Source: a virus
Lineage: Duplodnaviria > Caudoviricetes
IMG/VR virus record: IMGVR_UViG_3300046167_000092
Span: 1-55,743 of that record
Length of the DNA: 55,743 bases
Strand: one strand, 5' to 3'
The position numbers and the translations under genes are program-made. Positions 27,346 to 37,561 of the stretch are shown here, piece after piece. Within the stretch, counting starts at the first letter, position 1; every line of letters begins with the position of its first letter. The notes below the pieces were generated by a model. The model was not told the DNA's origin. It ran no database searches and saw only the letters and a program-made list of their open reading frames with translations.

Positions 27346-28776
27346 ATGGCCGGAAAAGAAATATTAAGTGGATTATTAACTAGACAAAATCAAGGAAGTA
27401 CTGGTGGTACTTTTAAAGATATAGCTGCTGATTTTTTTAGTGGTTCATCTAACGATAGCAAAAGACGTAGAAATGTATTGATAGGAACTGCATTATGGAA
27501 TGCAAAAGAATCTTCTATGCAAAATAATGTTTTAAAAAATTTACAAGAAAATGAAACTCAACGTACTTTTGAACTAGCAGGACTAACTCAAAAGTGGGAC
27601 AAATATAATAAATTAATGACAGAAGACGAAGCTTATAAAGCTGACCCATTTTACTTTAGACAACAAGCTGAATCAGAGTTTAATAAAAAGAATTCTAATT
27701 ACTTTGAAACTTATGGAGTTACAGAAGATTCAAGAGCTAAAAAGAAATTAGAAATTGATGAGTATGAAGCAGCGTTAAAAAAATTACACGAGACAAAATT
27801 AAAAAGTGGTAATATAAATGAAAGAATGACTAAAGAACAATTCTTTAAACCTTTTGAAGACTACTATGCTAATCAACAAGAAAATATAGCAGCTCCTAAA
27901 AACATTAGTTTAATACATAATGCATGGAGTAAAATTACAGGAAAAGGAAAAGAAACTTTAACTCCTAAACAACAAGCAGCAGCTAAAAGCATGGCAACTA
28001 GAAGTGTTTATGATTATTTATTAACACCTGATGCTCTTACATCTGATGAACAAATAGAGATGTATAGAGACCCTAAAGCATTTACATATAATAAAGACGA
28101 AGCTTTAGTATTTTTATCTGAAACTGTTAATCCTAATGACCCAGCTAGAAGAAGTGTAATATCTTCTTTAGACACTAGTAAAAAAACTAACTGGACTAAA
28201 TCTGAACTACAAACACATATAGTAAATTCTCAAGTAGACTTTAATCCTATAGTAGAAAAAAATAAAGTAGTTAGTCGTGCTTTTGATGAAGAGTGGTCTA
28301 ACAGAACTACAGATGGTACATCTAGAAAGATACCTGAAGTAGGGACTCCTCAATATATGAATTATTATCTTGAAAAAGCAAATGCTATAGATGAAGCAAA
28401 TGGAACAGGAGATGCAAAAGTACGTCAATTACGTAGAAATATATTTGAACTTGCAGATTTAGATAAAATAATAACTGAGTCAGGTAAAGGAAAAGAACAT
28501 CCTATGCATAAAGTTAAAGTAAAATTAGAAAACGATGTTAGAAATGCAGGTATAGACTCGGTTAAGTTTGAAATGTACAAAATGGTAACTGCTAGATTTG
28601 ATGACTATGAAGTAGAACAAAGAATTAAAAGTAATATTGCTGAATTTGCAGACTCATCAGACATAAAAAAAGGTAAAGTTTTTGAATATAAAGATATGGG
28701 AGACTATTATACTTCAGCAATTAATCAATTAATGTCTAATTTTAATGTTGTTTTTAAAGAAGAAGAAAGCGAATAA
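27346..28776 (+). CDS. Putative internal virion protein
   Basis: 476 aa, helical/charged, within the ejection cluster. Confidence 0.65.
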   Translation: MAGKEILSGLLTRQNQGSTGGTFKDIAADFFSGSSNDSKRRRNVLIGTALWNAKESSMQNNVLKNLQENETQRTFELAGLTQKWDKYNKLMTEDEAYKADPFYFRQQAESEFNKKNSNYFETYGVTEDSRAKKKLEIDEYEAALKKLHETKLKSGNINERMTKEQFFKPFEDYYANQQENIAAPKNISLIHNAWSKITGKGKETLTPKQQAAAKSMATRSVYDYLLTPDALTSDEQIEMYRDPKAFTYNKDEALVFLSETVNPNDPARRSVISSLDTSKKTNWTKSELQTHIVNSQVDFNPIVEKNKVVSRAFDEEWSNRTTDGTSRKIPEVGTPQYMNYYLEKANAIDEANGTGDAKVRQLRRNIFELADLDKIITESGKGKEHPMHKVKVKLENDVRNAGIDSVKFEMYKMVTARFDDYEVEQRIKSNIAEFADSSDIKKGKVFEYKDMGDYYTSAINQLMSNFNVVFKEEESE

Positions 28777-31700
28777 ATGTATAAAGTTGACGCAGAAGGC
28801 AATCTTGTTGAAGTTAAAGAAGGAGAAGAATTAACTCAAGAAGAACAAAAAATGAATACTACAAAGCTTTCTAACTTTGGTAGAACTGTAGTAGGCGTAG
28901 GAGCAGACCTTGTTACTGAAACTGTAGACTTAGGAAGGCTTTTAGTTGATACTAAACTAAAATATTCTGCATTAGGTAAAACTAAAACTGCACAAGAGTT
29001 TAAAGAAAAAGTATATACAAAACAAGATGAAGCTTTAAAGACTGTATTTGAAACAGTTACTGGTAAAGACAATGTTGAAATGGTACAACGAGGAGAAAGG
29101 TTTGTACCAGCTATTAAACAACCTGAATCAATGAAAGGAGAGATAGTTAGAGATATTGTTGGATTAGGTACTGCTATTATTGGAGCTGGTAAAGTTAAAT
29201 GGGTTGCAGATGCACCTAAAAAAATAAAAGAAGGAACTAGTAAATTTAAAAAGTTTATTACTCCTAGTCAACGAACAAAACAAGCTGTTGTTGCTGGAGA
29301 AGTAGGAACACAAGTAGGTTTTAATCCTTATGAAGAAGGTTTAATACCCGAAGCCATAGGAAGTCTTATATCTGATGACAGTGAAATGTTAGCAGACGTA
29401 AAACAATATTTGCTTCAAGACAGACAAGAAAATTCTAATTTAAAAAATAGAATGTTAATGTTAGGAGATGGTTTAGCTTTTGTAGGAGCTATTGGAGCTG
29501 GTGGAAAAATAGCTGGAAAAAGCAAAACAATTCAAAAAGGTAAAGACTACACACTAGCTAAGTTAGCTAAAGGTAAAGAGTCTTTTGTAACTATGCTTGA
29601 TGATGTTAAAGCATCAGGAAAAGAAACAGTAGATAAATTTATATATCAATTAGAAAAAAATATAGAACTAAACAAGTATCAAACAGAAGCGTTAATAAAA
29701 GATAGAAATAAAGATATAGCAGATGGAGTAGTAAAGGCTACATCTACAGCAGATATAGACGCATTAAAGCCCGGATTTATTAGTAAATATGTTAGTGATA
29801 CTAACTTAATGTTTACTGCTAATCCTATATTACGTAATTTTGAAATTTATAGAAGAAAAGCTTTTACTACTCAAGGTAATAAAACTTTACAGCTACATGA
29901 AAAGTATTTAAAAAACGAAAACTTAAAAGAAAAATGGAATGATACTATTACTAATGTAGCTTATAATTTAGACACTGCTATAGAAAGTGTTCTTGAAACA
30001 AGTAATAAATTTAAAAACAAAGAAGAACTAAACGACAAAATAAGTGATGTTTTATTTACAGACTTTAGAAGCCCAACATTAGTTACAAGTAAAGGGGGAA
30101 TTAGTGTTGGTAAAAGACAACAACCAACATTTGAAAAAGAATTAAAATCTTTTCCTAAAGAACTACAAGACCCTTTAAGAAAAGCTAGAAATCTTCAAGA
30201 TAATTTAACTAAACAAATGATAGATACTGGTACTCTTAACGAGGCACAGAAAAAGATTTATCAAGACCAAATGGGTTTTTATGTTAGAAGGTCTTATCAA
30301 TTATTTGAAGACCCTAACTACACACCTAAAACAAGTGTTCTTAGAGAAGCTGAAGATTTTTTAACAAGTAAAATAGAACTTGAAAATCCCGGAATGCTTC
30401 CTGCAGATGTTAAATCAAAAGTTGACACAGAAATAGCAGATATATTAGACGTAAAAAAAGGAACAGATTTTACTAGAAGCACTGATAAGTTTGGTAAGAT
30501 TAGAAAAGAAATACTTAATGGTAAAGAAAATATTCCTTCTCCGTTAAGAAAATTAATGGGAGAAATAGATGACCCAACTAAAAGTCTTATACAGTCTACT
30601 ATTAAACTTGGTAACTATGTAGAAAATGTAAAGTTTTATGATGATGCTTTTGAAGGTGGTGCTGGTATTTATTTTAAAACAGATAGGACTTCTTTATATT
30701 CAGAAGTTATTCCTGAAGGTTATGGTAAGCTAAGTGGAAGAGCAACGACACCTGAGTTGTTTAAATACTTTAGTAATCACAAAACAGTATCAGACAGTTT
30801 ATTAAATTTTTCTTTATACAGAAACTTAGCTCTTTTAAAAGGAGTATCACAGGCTGCTAAAACTGTATGGTCACATACTACTCATGTTAAGAATGTAGCT
30901 GGTGGTGTTCAAATGTCATTAGCAAACGGAGTAAATGTTTTTGATATTAAACAAACAAAAGAAATTGTAGGTATTTTAAGAGCTAGAACAAAAAACAATG
31001 TAGAGCTACAAAAACTACATGAAGAATTAAGTGGTTTAGGTCTGTTAAATAAAGGTGTTGTAGCTAGAGATTTAAAAGGATTAGCATCAGATTTACAAGG
31101 AATAAAATCTAAAAGTGTATTAGATGTTCCTGCTAATTTAGCAAAAGGATTTTTAAATAAAACAGGAATAAGTAAACACGCTGAGAAGTGGCAAAATGCT
31201 TATATAGCTGAAGATGATTTCTTTAAAGTAAATATGTATTTTAGAGAAAAGAAAAACTTAGAAAAGATTAATAACATGTACTCTAAAGAGTCAGGACTTA
31301 AACTTAGCGAACAACAACTAAAAGAAGAAGCAGCTAAAATGGTTAGAGATGTTTTACCTAACTATGATTTAGTTCCTGAACTTTTAAAAGAATTAAGAAG
31401 TACTCCTTTCTTTGGTCGTTTCTTTTCATTTATGGCAGAGTCTACAAGGATATCAGCTAACTCTATTACTAACGGTATTAAAGAAGTAAGTAAAGGTAAG
31501 GCATTAATAAAACAAGGTGAACAAAAAGCAGGTCAAGAGTTTATAAAAAGAGGAACACTTCGTTTAGGAGCTTTTACTGCAATGGCAGGAGCAGGTGCTA
31601 AAGGAGCTGAAACAGTAAGTAAAGCTACTACAGGTATAGCTACAGACACTTTAGACGCTATTAAAGACTTAGTATTACCTGACTATATGCAAAACTCTAA

Positions 31701-33702
31701 TGTTATTCTTTCAGTAGCTCCTGATGGTTCTCCAGTAGTTTCTAACCTTAGTAGCTGGGATGCTTTTGACTTTCCTAAAAAACCTTTTCAAGTTATAATA
31801 AATAAGTACATGGCTGAAGATAGTCTTGATGAAGAAGGTTTACTTAAAGACATATTAACTACAACTATATCAGAAACAGTTTCTCCGTTTTTAGGAGAAT
31901 CTATTATACAAGAACAAATTAGTAATTATGTTTTAAGAGGTGGTAGAACTTTAGACGGTAACTTAATGAGAAATCCATTTAATAGATTATCTAAGTTTAA
32001 TGATAGTGGAAACTATGCAGATAACTTACTAGATGGAGAAAATATTACTATTTTAATGGCTAATCTTTTAGAAAGTATAACTCCGGGTTCTATTACTAGG
32101 GGTCAAGATTTACATAAAACATTAACAAATAAACAGGGTAAAACTCCATATGACCAAGATGAATATGAAGCACAAGCATTCTTAAAGTTTGTTACAGGCT
32201 GGGGAATGCAACCTATTAATCCTGAGTATGCTGCAAAAATGTATGAGTTTAAAGCTAATGATTATTTAAAAAGTAAAAGAAAAGCACAGTCTTCTATTAC
32301 TAGTGCCATAGGACAAGAACTAGACCGTGATACTTTTGTTGGTGAGTACTTAAAAAGAAGTAATGAACATTACGAAAGTTATATTAAGTTTCATAAAAAT
32401 ACTAAGTCATTAGAAAAACTTGACATAGATGTTTACTCTACTATTAGAAATACAAATGTATCTAAAAAAGATAGAGTAGCTGTGATGTACGGTTCAAACT
32501 ATGAACCTATAGGTCTTAGTGATAGTTTACGTGCAAAGATGTTAGATGCTGCACCTGACTTTGATACTTATGAAGAAATATACAAAGACATAATGGCTAT
32601 TGATAGAGAGATGAGTCGTATACCTGTACAAATAAGTCCTTTATATTATAAAAAACAAAAACAACAAATAAAAGATATTAAAAAAGATTTAAGAGAAAAT
32701 TATAAAACAGGTGGTAAAGTTCCTAATGTACAAGAAGACCCTGCAGATAGAAAAAATCCTGTGATGCAAGAAAGCTATAGTCAAACATCAAAAGGTTTGA
32801 CTGGATTGCAAAAGGCTTTACAAGAAGCAACAAAAATGTTACAGCCTAAAGAACAAATGGAAAGACTAGGGTTTAGTAAAGGTGGTAGTACTTTAAAAAA
32901 AGACGAAGCTATGTATCTTAAATTTTATAAATTAGCTAAAGAAGCTGGTAATGATTTTCCTGAAGCAGTAGCTGCTCAAGCTAGTTTAGAATCAGGACAT
33001 GGTGAGTCAGAGCTTACAACAAAATATAAAAACCCATTAGGTATAAAAGTTAATAGAGCTAGTGAAAGAAAAGCAGGACAAAAATCAGTTAAAATGTCTA
33101 CACAAGAGTTTGTAGAAGGATTAGAAGGAACGTATAAAGAACCTTTTAGAGTGTATGATAATTTAGCAGAATCTTTTGTAGGTTATAAAGAAAAAGTGTT
33201 AGCTCCAAGATATGACAGTATAAGACAAGCAAAAAATTCTGATGAGTACTTGACAGCTATATCTACTTCAGGATATGCTACTGACCCTAAGTATGCAGAA
33301 AAAACAATTAATATAAAAAATAGATACGCACATCTAATACCACAAGAAAATAAAAGAAAACAAAAAAGTGCAGGAGGAATACTTAAAAAAGTAATTAAAT
33401 CTTCTAAAGATAAAAATACTATAGTATTACCTTATAAATTAGCTCAAAAACAAACTTTTAAAAAAATTGAAACTATAGGAAATAATTTTAATAATAAATT
33501 TGTAGATATTTATAATAAAAAAGATTTTCTTTTAAGTAAAAACAAAAAAGTAACAGACTATTTAAAAAAATTATCAGATGAAGAAATTTTTTATTTAAAC
33601 CATTATGTATCTAACGATGAACCTTTAAAGTATTTACCTAAAAATGATATATATTATACAAAGTTATTAGATAGTTTAACTCCTAAAGACTGGAAAAATT
33701 AA
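28777..33702 (+). CDS. Large internal virion protein with C-terminal GH73 (FlgJ-like) peptidoglycan hydrolase
   Basis: 1641 aa; AAQASLESGHG...NPLGIK...FRVY...GYATDPKY at ~32950-33300. Confidence 0.85.
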   Translation: MYKVDAEGNLVEVKEGEELTQEEQKMNTTKLSNFGRTVVGVGADLVTETVDLGRLLVDTKLKYSALGKTKTAQEFKEKVYTKQDEALKTVFETVTGKDNVEMVQRGERFVPAIKQPESMKGEIVRDIVGLGTAIIGAGKVKWVADAPKKIKEGTSKFKKFITPSQRTKQAVVAGEVGTQVGFNPYEEGLIPEAIGSLISDDSEMLADVKQYLLQDRQENSNLKNRMLMLGDGLAFVGAIGAGGKIAGKSKTIQKGKDYTLAKLAKGKESFVTMLDDVKASGKETVDKFIYQLEKNIELNKYQTEALIKDRNKDIADGVVKATSTADIDALKPGFISKYVSDTNLMFTANPILRNFEIYRRKAFTTQGNKTLQLHEKYLKNENLKEKWNDTITNVAYNLDTAIESVLETSNKFKNKEELNDKISDVLFTDFRSPTLVTSKGGISVGKRQQPTFEKELKSFPKELQDPLRKARNLQDNLTKQMIDTGTLNEAQKKIYQDQMGFYVRRSYQLFEDPNYTPKTSVLREAEDFLTSKIELENPGMLPADVKSKVDTEIADILDVKKGTDFTRSTDKFGKIRKEILNGKENIPSPLRKLMGEIDDPTKSLIQSTIKLGNYVENVKFYDDAFEGGAGIYFKTDRTSLYSEVIPEGYGKLSGRATTPELFKYFSNHKTVSDSLLNFSLYRNLALLKGVSQAAKTVWSHTTHVKNVAGGVQMSLANGVNVFDIKQTKEIVGILRARTKNNVELQKLHEELSGLGLLNKGVVARDLKGLASDLQGIKSKSVLDVPANLAKGFLNKTGISKHAEKWQNAYIAEDDFFKVNMYFREKKNLEKINNMYSKESGLKLSEQQLKEEAAKMVRDVLPNYDLVPELLKELRSTPFFGRFFSFMAESTRISANSITNGIKEVSKGKALIKQGEQKAGQEFIKRGTLRLGAFTAMAGAGAKGAETVSKATTGIATDTLDAIKDLVLPDYMQNSNVILSVAPDGSPVVSNLSSWDAFDFPKKPFQVIINKYMAEDSLDEEGLLKDILTTTISETVSPFLGESIIQEQISNYVLRGGRTLDGNLMRNPFNRLSKFNDSGNYADNLLDGENITILMANLLESITPGSITRGQDLHKTLTNKQGKTPYDQDEYEAQAFLKFVTGWGMQPINPEYAAKMYEFKANDYLKSKRKAQSSITSAIGQELDRDTFVGEYLKRSNEHYESYIKFHKNTKSLEKLDIDVYSTIRNTNVSKKDRVAVMYGSNYEPIGLSDSLRAKMLDAAPDFDTYEEIYKDIMAIDREMSRIPVQISPLYYKKQKQQIKDIKKDLRENYKTGGKVPNVQEDPADRKNPVMQESYSQTSKGLTGLQKALQEATKMLQPKEQMERLGFSKGGSTLKKDEAMYLKFYKLAKEAGNDFPEAVAAQASLESGHGESELTTKYKNPLGIKVNRASERKAGQKSVKMSTQEFVEGLEGTYKEPFRVYDNLAESFVGYKEKVLAPRYDSIRQAKNSDEYLTAISTSGYATDPKYAEKTINIKNRYAHLIPQENKRKQKSAGGILKKVIKSSKDKNTIVLPYKLAQKQTFKKIETIGNNFNNKFVDIYNKKDFLLSKNKKVTDYLKKLSDEEIFYLNHYVSNDEPLKYLPKNDIYYTKLLDSLTPKDWKN

Positions 33703-34136
33703 TGGGTTTTCCCTTTGAGATAATAACTATGTTAGGCTCTACTGTACTTGGTGGGGTTATGAGTGTATGGGCAGAGAGTCGTAAGGCTAAACAAGACCAT
33801 CAAAAACTTCTTATAACACGTGGCGAGTTTGAAATGAAAGCTCGTAAAGCTGCAAGAGATGTTAAAGATAAAGGATTTCAGTGGACAAGAAGAATAATAG
33901 CATTGACATCAGTGTTTGCTATTGTTGTTTTACCTAAACTTGTAGCTGTTTATTATCCTGCTGTAGATGTTACCGTAGGTTATACAAACTTTCAACCGGG
34001 ATTTTGGTTTTTTAAAGAAGGAAGAGATGTTTTTGAATGGATTACATTTCAAGGCCTTGTAATTACACAATTAGACACCAACTTAGTATCAGCTATTATA
34101 GGTATGTACTTTGGTGGTAGTTTAGTTAAGAAGTAA
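33702..34136 (+). CDS. Multi-TM membrane protein, holin-like
   Basis: Three hydrophobic segments, WTRRIIAL, C-terminal AIIGMYFG. Confidence 0.65.
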   Translation: MGFPFEIITMLGSTVLGGVMSVWAESRKAKQDHQKLLITRGEFEMKARKAARDVKDKGFQWTRRIIALTSVFAIVVLPKLVAVYYPAVDVTVGYTNFQPGFWFFKEGRDVFEWITFQGLVITQLDTNLVSAIIGMYFGGSLVKK

Positions 34137-34137
34137 T

Positions 34138-34419
34138 ATGAACGATTGGGTACAAGCAATAGAAACCATAGGTATACCAGCAGCAGGAGCAGCAGGGTTA
34201 GGTTATCTTGTATGGGTACTCTTTAAATCTTTGATAGCAGACATACATAAGAAGTTAGATACGCAACATGGTATGATAGTTGCATTAATAGATAGAATAA
34301 GACAGATGGATAACGACATGATTAGAATAGACGCTATGTGTCGTGCAGCAATGGGTTTGAAACCCGATATAGATAGGATAGCGAGAGCAGATGGAAAGAA
34401 AGACCAGCGAAAAGACTAA
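34138..34419 (+). CDS. Single-TM protein heading the curli-like module
   Basis: IGIPAAGAAGLGYLVW TM, then LIDRIRQMDNDMIRID. Confidence 0.75.
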   Translation: MNDWVQAIETIGIPAAGAAGLGYLVWVLFKSLIADIHKKLDTQHGMIVALIDRIRQMDNDMIRIDAMCRAAMGLKPDIDRIARADGKKDQRKD

Positions 34420-34582
34420 TAAAAAAATACTACAAATAGTTAATCTTTCTCCGAGTGAAGCTTGGATAGAAAAGGTTGTAGATGTACACCCTATGAAACA
34501 AATTACTATAGCCTCTATCGTACAAGTAGTAGTATTTGGCTTTATGCTAGGTGCTTTTTGGATAAACTCACAAATATTTTAA
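34391..34582 (+). CDS. Small C-terminal TM protein
   Basis: HPMKQITIASIVQVVVFGFML hydrophobic segment. Confidence 0.6.
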   Translation: MERKTSEKTNKKILQIVNLSPSEAWIEKVVDVHPMKQITIASIVQVVVFGFMLGAFWINSQIF

Positions 34583-34587
34583 AGATT

Positions 34588-35082
34588 ATGAAACTAAAAC
34601 CAACATTTAAAAGCAATAAAACTATAAGGAACTGTAAGTTCTGTATGTTTTTTTGGACCATGTTAATTATGTTTTGGTCTGTAGGAAGTATTGCAGATGA
34701 GATGGTACATAAGTTTAAGAGTCCTAGTTTTAGTGGTGTGAACACTAGCTCACATTATCTTACAATTCAAAACCAAGAGTTCAATAGGAAACAAGCCTTG
34801 GCTGCAGAGATAAAAGCTTTACAAGACCAAATAAAAAGAGACAAAGAGAATACAACACTTGCAAGATTTATAAGAAACTTAGAGTCTAGGATATACTCAC
34901 AGTTATCAAGACAGTTAGTAGAAAACTTGTTTGGAGAAGTTCCTTCTGATAGTGGTACATTGACTTTAGAAGGCAATACAATTGTTTACAATGTAGAAGA
35001 CGGAATAATAACTTTAACTATAACGGACAGTGATGGCAATACAACGACTATATCTTTGCCTGTTGGTAACTTTACTTTCTAG
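34588..35082 (+). CDS. csgF: Curli assembly component CsgF-like
   Basis: Signal peptide, then EMVHKFKSPSFSG (CsgF F.NP.FGG-like), F...LESRIYSQLS, C-terminal ITD..G.TTTI. Confidence 0.8.
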   Translation: MKLKPTFKSNKTIRNCKFCMFFWTMLIMFWSVGSIADEMVHKFKSPSFSGVNTSSHYLTIQNQEFNRKQALAAEIKALQDQIKRDKENTTLARFIRNLESRIYSQLSRQLVENLFGEVPSDSGTLTLEGNTIVYNVEDGIITLTITDSDGNTTTISLPVGNFTF

Positions 35083-35887
35083 TTGTGCAGTAGTACAAGA
35101 GAGTGGAGATTTAGTTTTAACTAAAAAAGTCCAGTCTAGTTCTACATTAGATTTACAATCAGAAGAGTTAAGAAATTTACCACCAGCTAAAATAAGACCA
35201 ACAATAGCTATATACCCTGATAGTTTTAGGGATTTGACAGGACAACGTAGGAGTAATAGTACCTTTGCTTTGTTCAGTACTGCTGTAACACAAGCACCTG
35301 AAGCTTTTCTTATTAGAGCTTTTAAGCATACAGCAGGTGGAAAGTTTTTTAGAGTTGTAGAACGTGTAGGTTTAGATGACCTAACAAAAGAAAGACAACT
35401 CATACGTAGCACACGTAAAGATTTTAAAGAAGATAATAAGATGCAACCTCTGTTATTTGCAGGGTTGTTAGTCCAAGGTGGCGTGATTAGTTATGAAGCT
35501 AATCTAAAATCTGGAGGTTCTGGTGCAAGGTACTTAGGTATCGGAACAAGTAAGCAGTTTAGAGAAGACACAGTTACTATATCTTTAAGGTTAGTATCTG
35601 TATCTACTGGTGAAGTTCTTATGGAAACATTAGTATCCAAAAGCATTTTATCTACAAGTGTTTCTCAAGATGTATTTCGTTTTATTGAGACTGGCACAGA
35701 GCTAGTAGAGATAGAAGGTGGTATATCAGAGAACGAAAGTGTTTCTATAGCATTACAAAAAGCTGTAGAGACTGGAGTGTTGAATATTATAAATATTGGA
35801 ATAGAGAGAGGCTATTGGAAATATGAACAGAATAAAATTATTAAGCCTAGTTGTGATGACAAGTGCATCGCTGCTATACGGGGCTGA
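35030..35887 (+). CDS. csgG: Curli secretion pore lipoprotein CsgG
   Basis: Lipobox LSSC; FRDLTGQR, FSTAVTQ, FRVVERVGLDDLTKERQLIR and GGSGARYLGIG motifs. Confidence 0.93.
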   Translation: MMAIQRLYLCLLVTLLSSCAVVQESGDLVLTKKVQSSSTLDLQSEELRNLPPAKIRPTIAIYPDSFRDLTGQRRSNSTFALFSTAVTQAPEAFLIRAFKHTAGGKFFRVVERVGLDDLTKERQLIRSTRKDFKEDNKMQPLLFAGLLVQGGVISYEANLKSGGSGARYLGIGTSKQFREDTVTISLRLVSVSTGEVLMETLVSKSILSTSVSQDVFRFIETGTELVEIEGGISENESVSIALQKAVETGVLNIINIGIERGYWKYEQNKIIKPSCDDKCIAAIRG

Positions 35888-36539
35888 CAACGAAATATAC
35901 ATAGACCAATCAGGTGCTACGTTTAACTTAGATGCTGAACAATTAGGTTCAGGTAACATCATAGGTGGAGCAGATGCAATTGCTGGTACTATGACTGCAC
36001 TAGACTTAGATGGTGGTACACAGACTATTGATATTAATCAAATAGGCTCAAACAATAAGTTCTTAGGAGATATTACTGCTGATAACTTTGTAGGTTTTTG
36101 GGAGTTTGATGGTTCTACTAACGTGTTTAATGTACAGATAGACCCTACTAATACCTATGGTGCTGATGGTTCAGATGTTAATGTAGATGTAACAGGTGGC
36201 ACAAACACTTTTACACTTGACTTAGCTACAACATCTTTAGCAAGTAACGCAGATATTGATTGGGTTATAGATGGTAGTGGTAACACATTTGATTTTAATA
36301 TTAATAACGCTGATGCAACCAATGATGTAAATGTAGATGGTAACGATAATACTGTAAACTTTACAGGTCAAGGTTATGCAGGTGGTTACTTTAAGTTAAA
36401 TCAAGTAGGTAACTCTAGAACATTTAACATACAACAACTGAGTACTTTAGACAATGACTGGTTACAAATTACATCTGATGGTTCTAGTGGCACTATTTGC
36501 GTCATTCAAAACGATGGGGGAACAGCAGTCGGTTGCTAA
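35823..36539 (+). CDS. Secreted curlin-like (CsgA/CsgB-like) beta-solenoid protein
   Basis: Signal peptide; imperfect ~22-aa repeats IYIDQSG, EQLGSGN, INQIGSNN, VDGNDN, LNQVGNS; terminal Cys pair. Confidence 0.7.
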   Translation: MNRIKLLSLVVMTSASLLYGADNEIYIDQSGATFNLDAEQLGSGNIIGGADAIAGTMTALDLDGGTQTIDINQIGSNNKFLGDITADNFVGFWEFDGSTNVFNVQIDPTNTYGADGSDVNVDVTGGTNTFTLDLATTSLASNADIDWVIDGSGNTFDFNINNADATNDVNVDGNDNTVNFTGQGYAGGYFKLNQVGNSRTFNIQQLSTLDNDWLQITSDGSSGTICVIQNDGGTAVGC

Positions 36540-37560
36540 TATAGGCAACATAACTGAACTAAACGGAACAGGTAGAGTTGTAAGAAATGAAACCTTCCAA
36601 GCCTCTATAGACCTAGACATCAACAGCTACGATAATGTCCAAACTTCTAATGGGAGATTGGGCATTACTTTTTTAGATGACAGTCAAGTTAGATTGACAG
36701 AGCATTCTGAATTAATTATAGATGAATTTATCTATGACCCTGACCCTTCTAAGTCTAAGATGTCTTTACAATTTGCAAGTGGTACTGCAAGATTTATCAC
36801 AGGTAAGTTAGCATCTATAGATAAAGAAAACATATCTATACAAACTCCAAGTGCCACGATAGGTATACGTGGTACAGACTTTACTGTGACTGTTGATGAG
36901 TTAGGTAGAAGTCTAATCATATTATTACCTGATGATGACGGTCTTCCAAGTGGAGAGATTGTTGTTGCTACAGCTATGGGACAGGTAGTTCTTAACAAGC
37001 CTTACCAAGCTACTACAGTTTCTATGTTTGAAACTAAACCCACTAATCCCGTTATCCTTGACTTGACTCTTGAGTTAATTGATAACATGTTAATAGTAAA
37101 CCAACCACAGGAAATAAAAGAGAATGAAAGACAAGATGGAGGGAGCAACACTAATCTTCTTGATGTTGACTACCTTGAGTTTGATGATTTAGAAGTAGAT
37201 TACTTAGCAGAAGATGAACTAGAATTTACTGAGCTTGACATTAACTATCTTGATGTAAATTTTCTTGAAGACTTGTTAAACATTATAGAGGATGTAAACG
37301 AGCTAGACCAAACTTCAACACTTTTAAAGTCTGATGTAGACCTGAAAGGTACGCAAATTGGTTACGATAGTGAGACACAGATAAATACTTTTATGACTGA
37401 TAACGTCATAACATTTTACAAATCTTTAGAAGATACTATTAAGTTAGAACTAGACAAATCAAATGCTTACACTATTGTAATGATACAGAACGGTAAGAGT
37501 ACACAGATAGTTGTCAACGGTGGTGGTAACTCTAGTATAACTATAACGCAAGGAGACTAA
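36454..37560 (+). CDS. Exported FecR-domain protein
   Basis: N-terminal hydrophobic segment; DNVQT..G...ITFLDDSQVRL..HS and IQTPSATIGIRGTDF; acidic L/D repeat linker. Confidence 0.85.
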   Translation: MTGYKLHLMVLVALFASFKTMGEQQSVANIGNITELNGTGRVVRNETFQASIDLDINSYDNVQTSNGRLGITFLDDSQVRLTEHSELIIDEFIYDPDPSKSKMSLQFASGTARFITGKLASIDKENISIQTPSATIGIRGTDFTVTVDELGRSLIILLPDDDGLPSGEIVVATAMGQVVLNKPYQATTVSMFETKPTNPVILDLTLELIDNMLIVNQPQEIKENERQDGGSNTNLLDVDYLEFDDLEVDYLAEDELEFTELDINYLDVNFLEDLLNIIEDVNELDQTSTLLKSDVDLKGTQIGYDSETQINTFMTDNVITFYKSLEDTIKLELDKSNAYTIVMIQNGKSTQIVVNGGGNSSITITQGD

Positions 37561-37561
37561 C

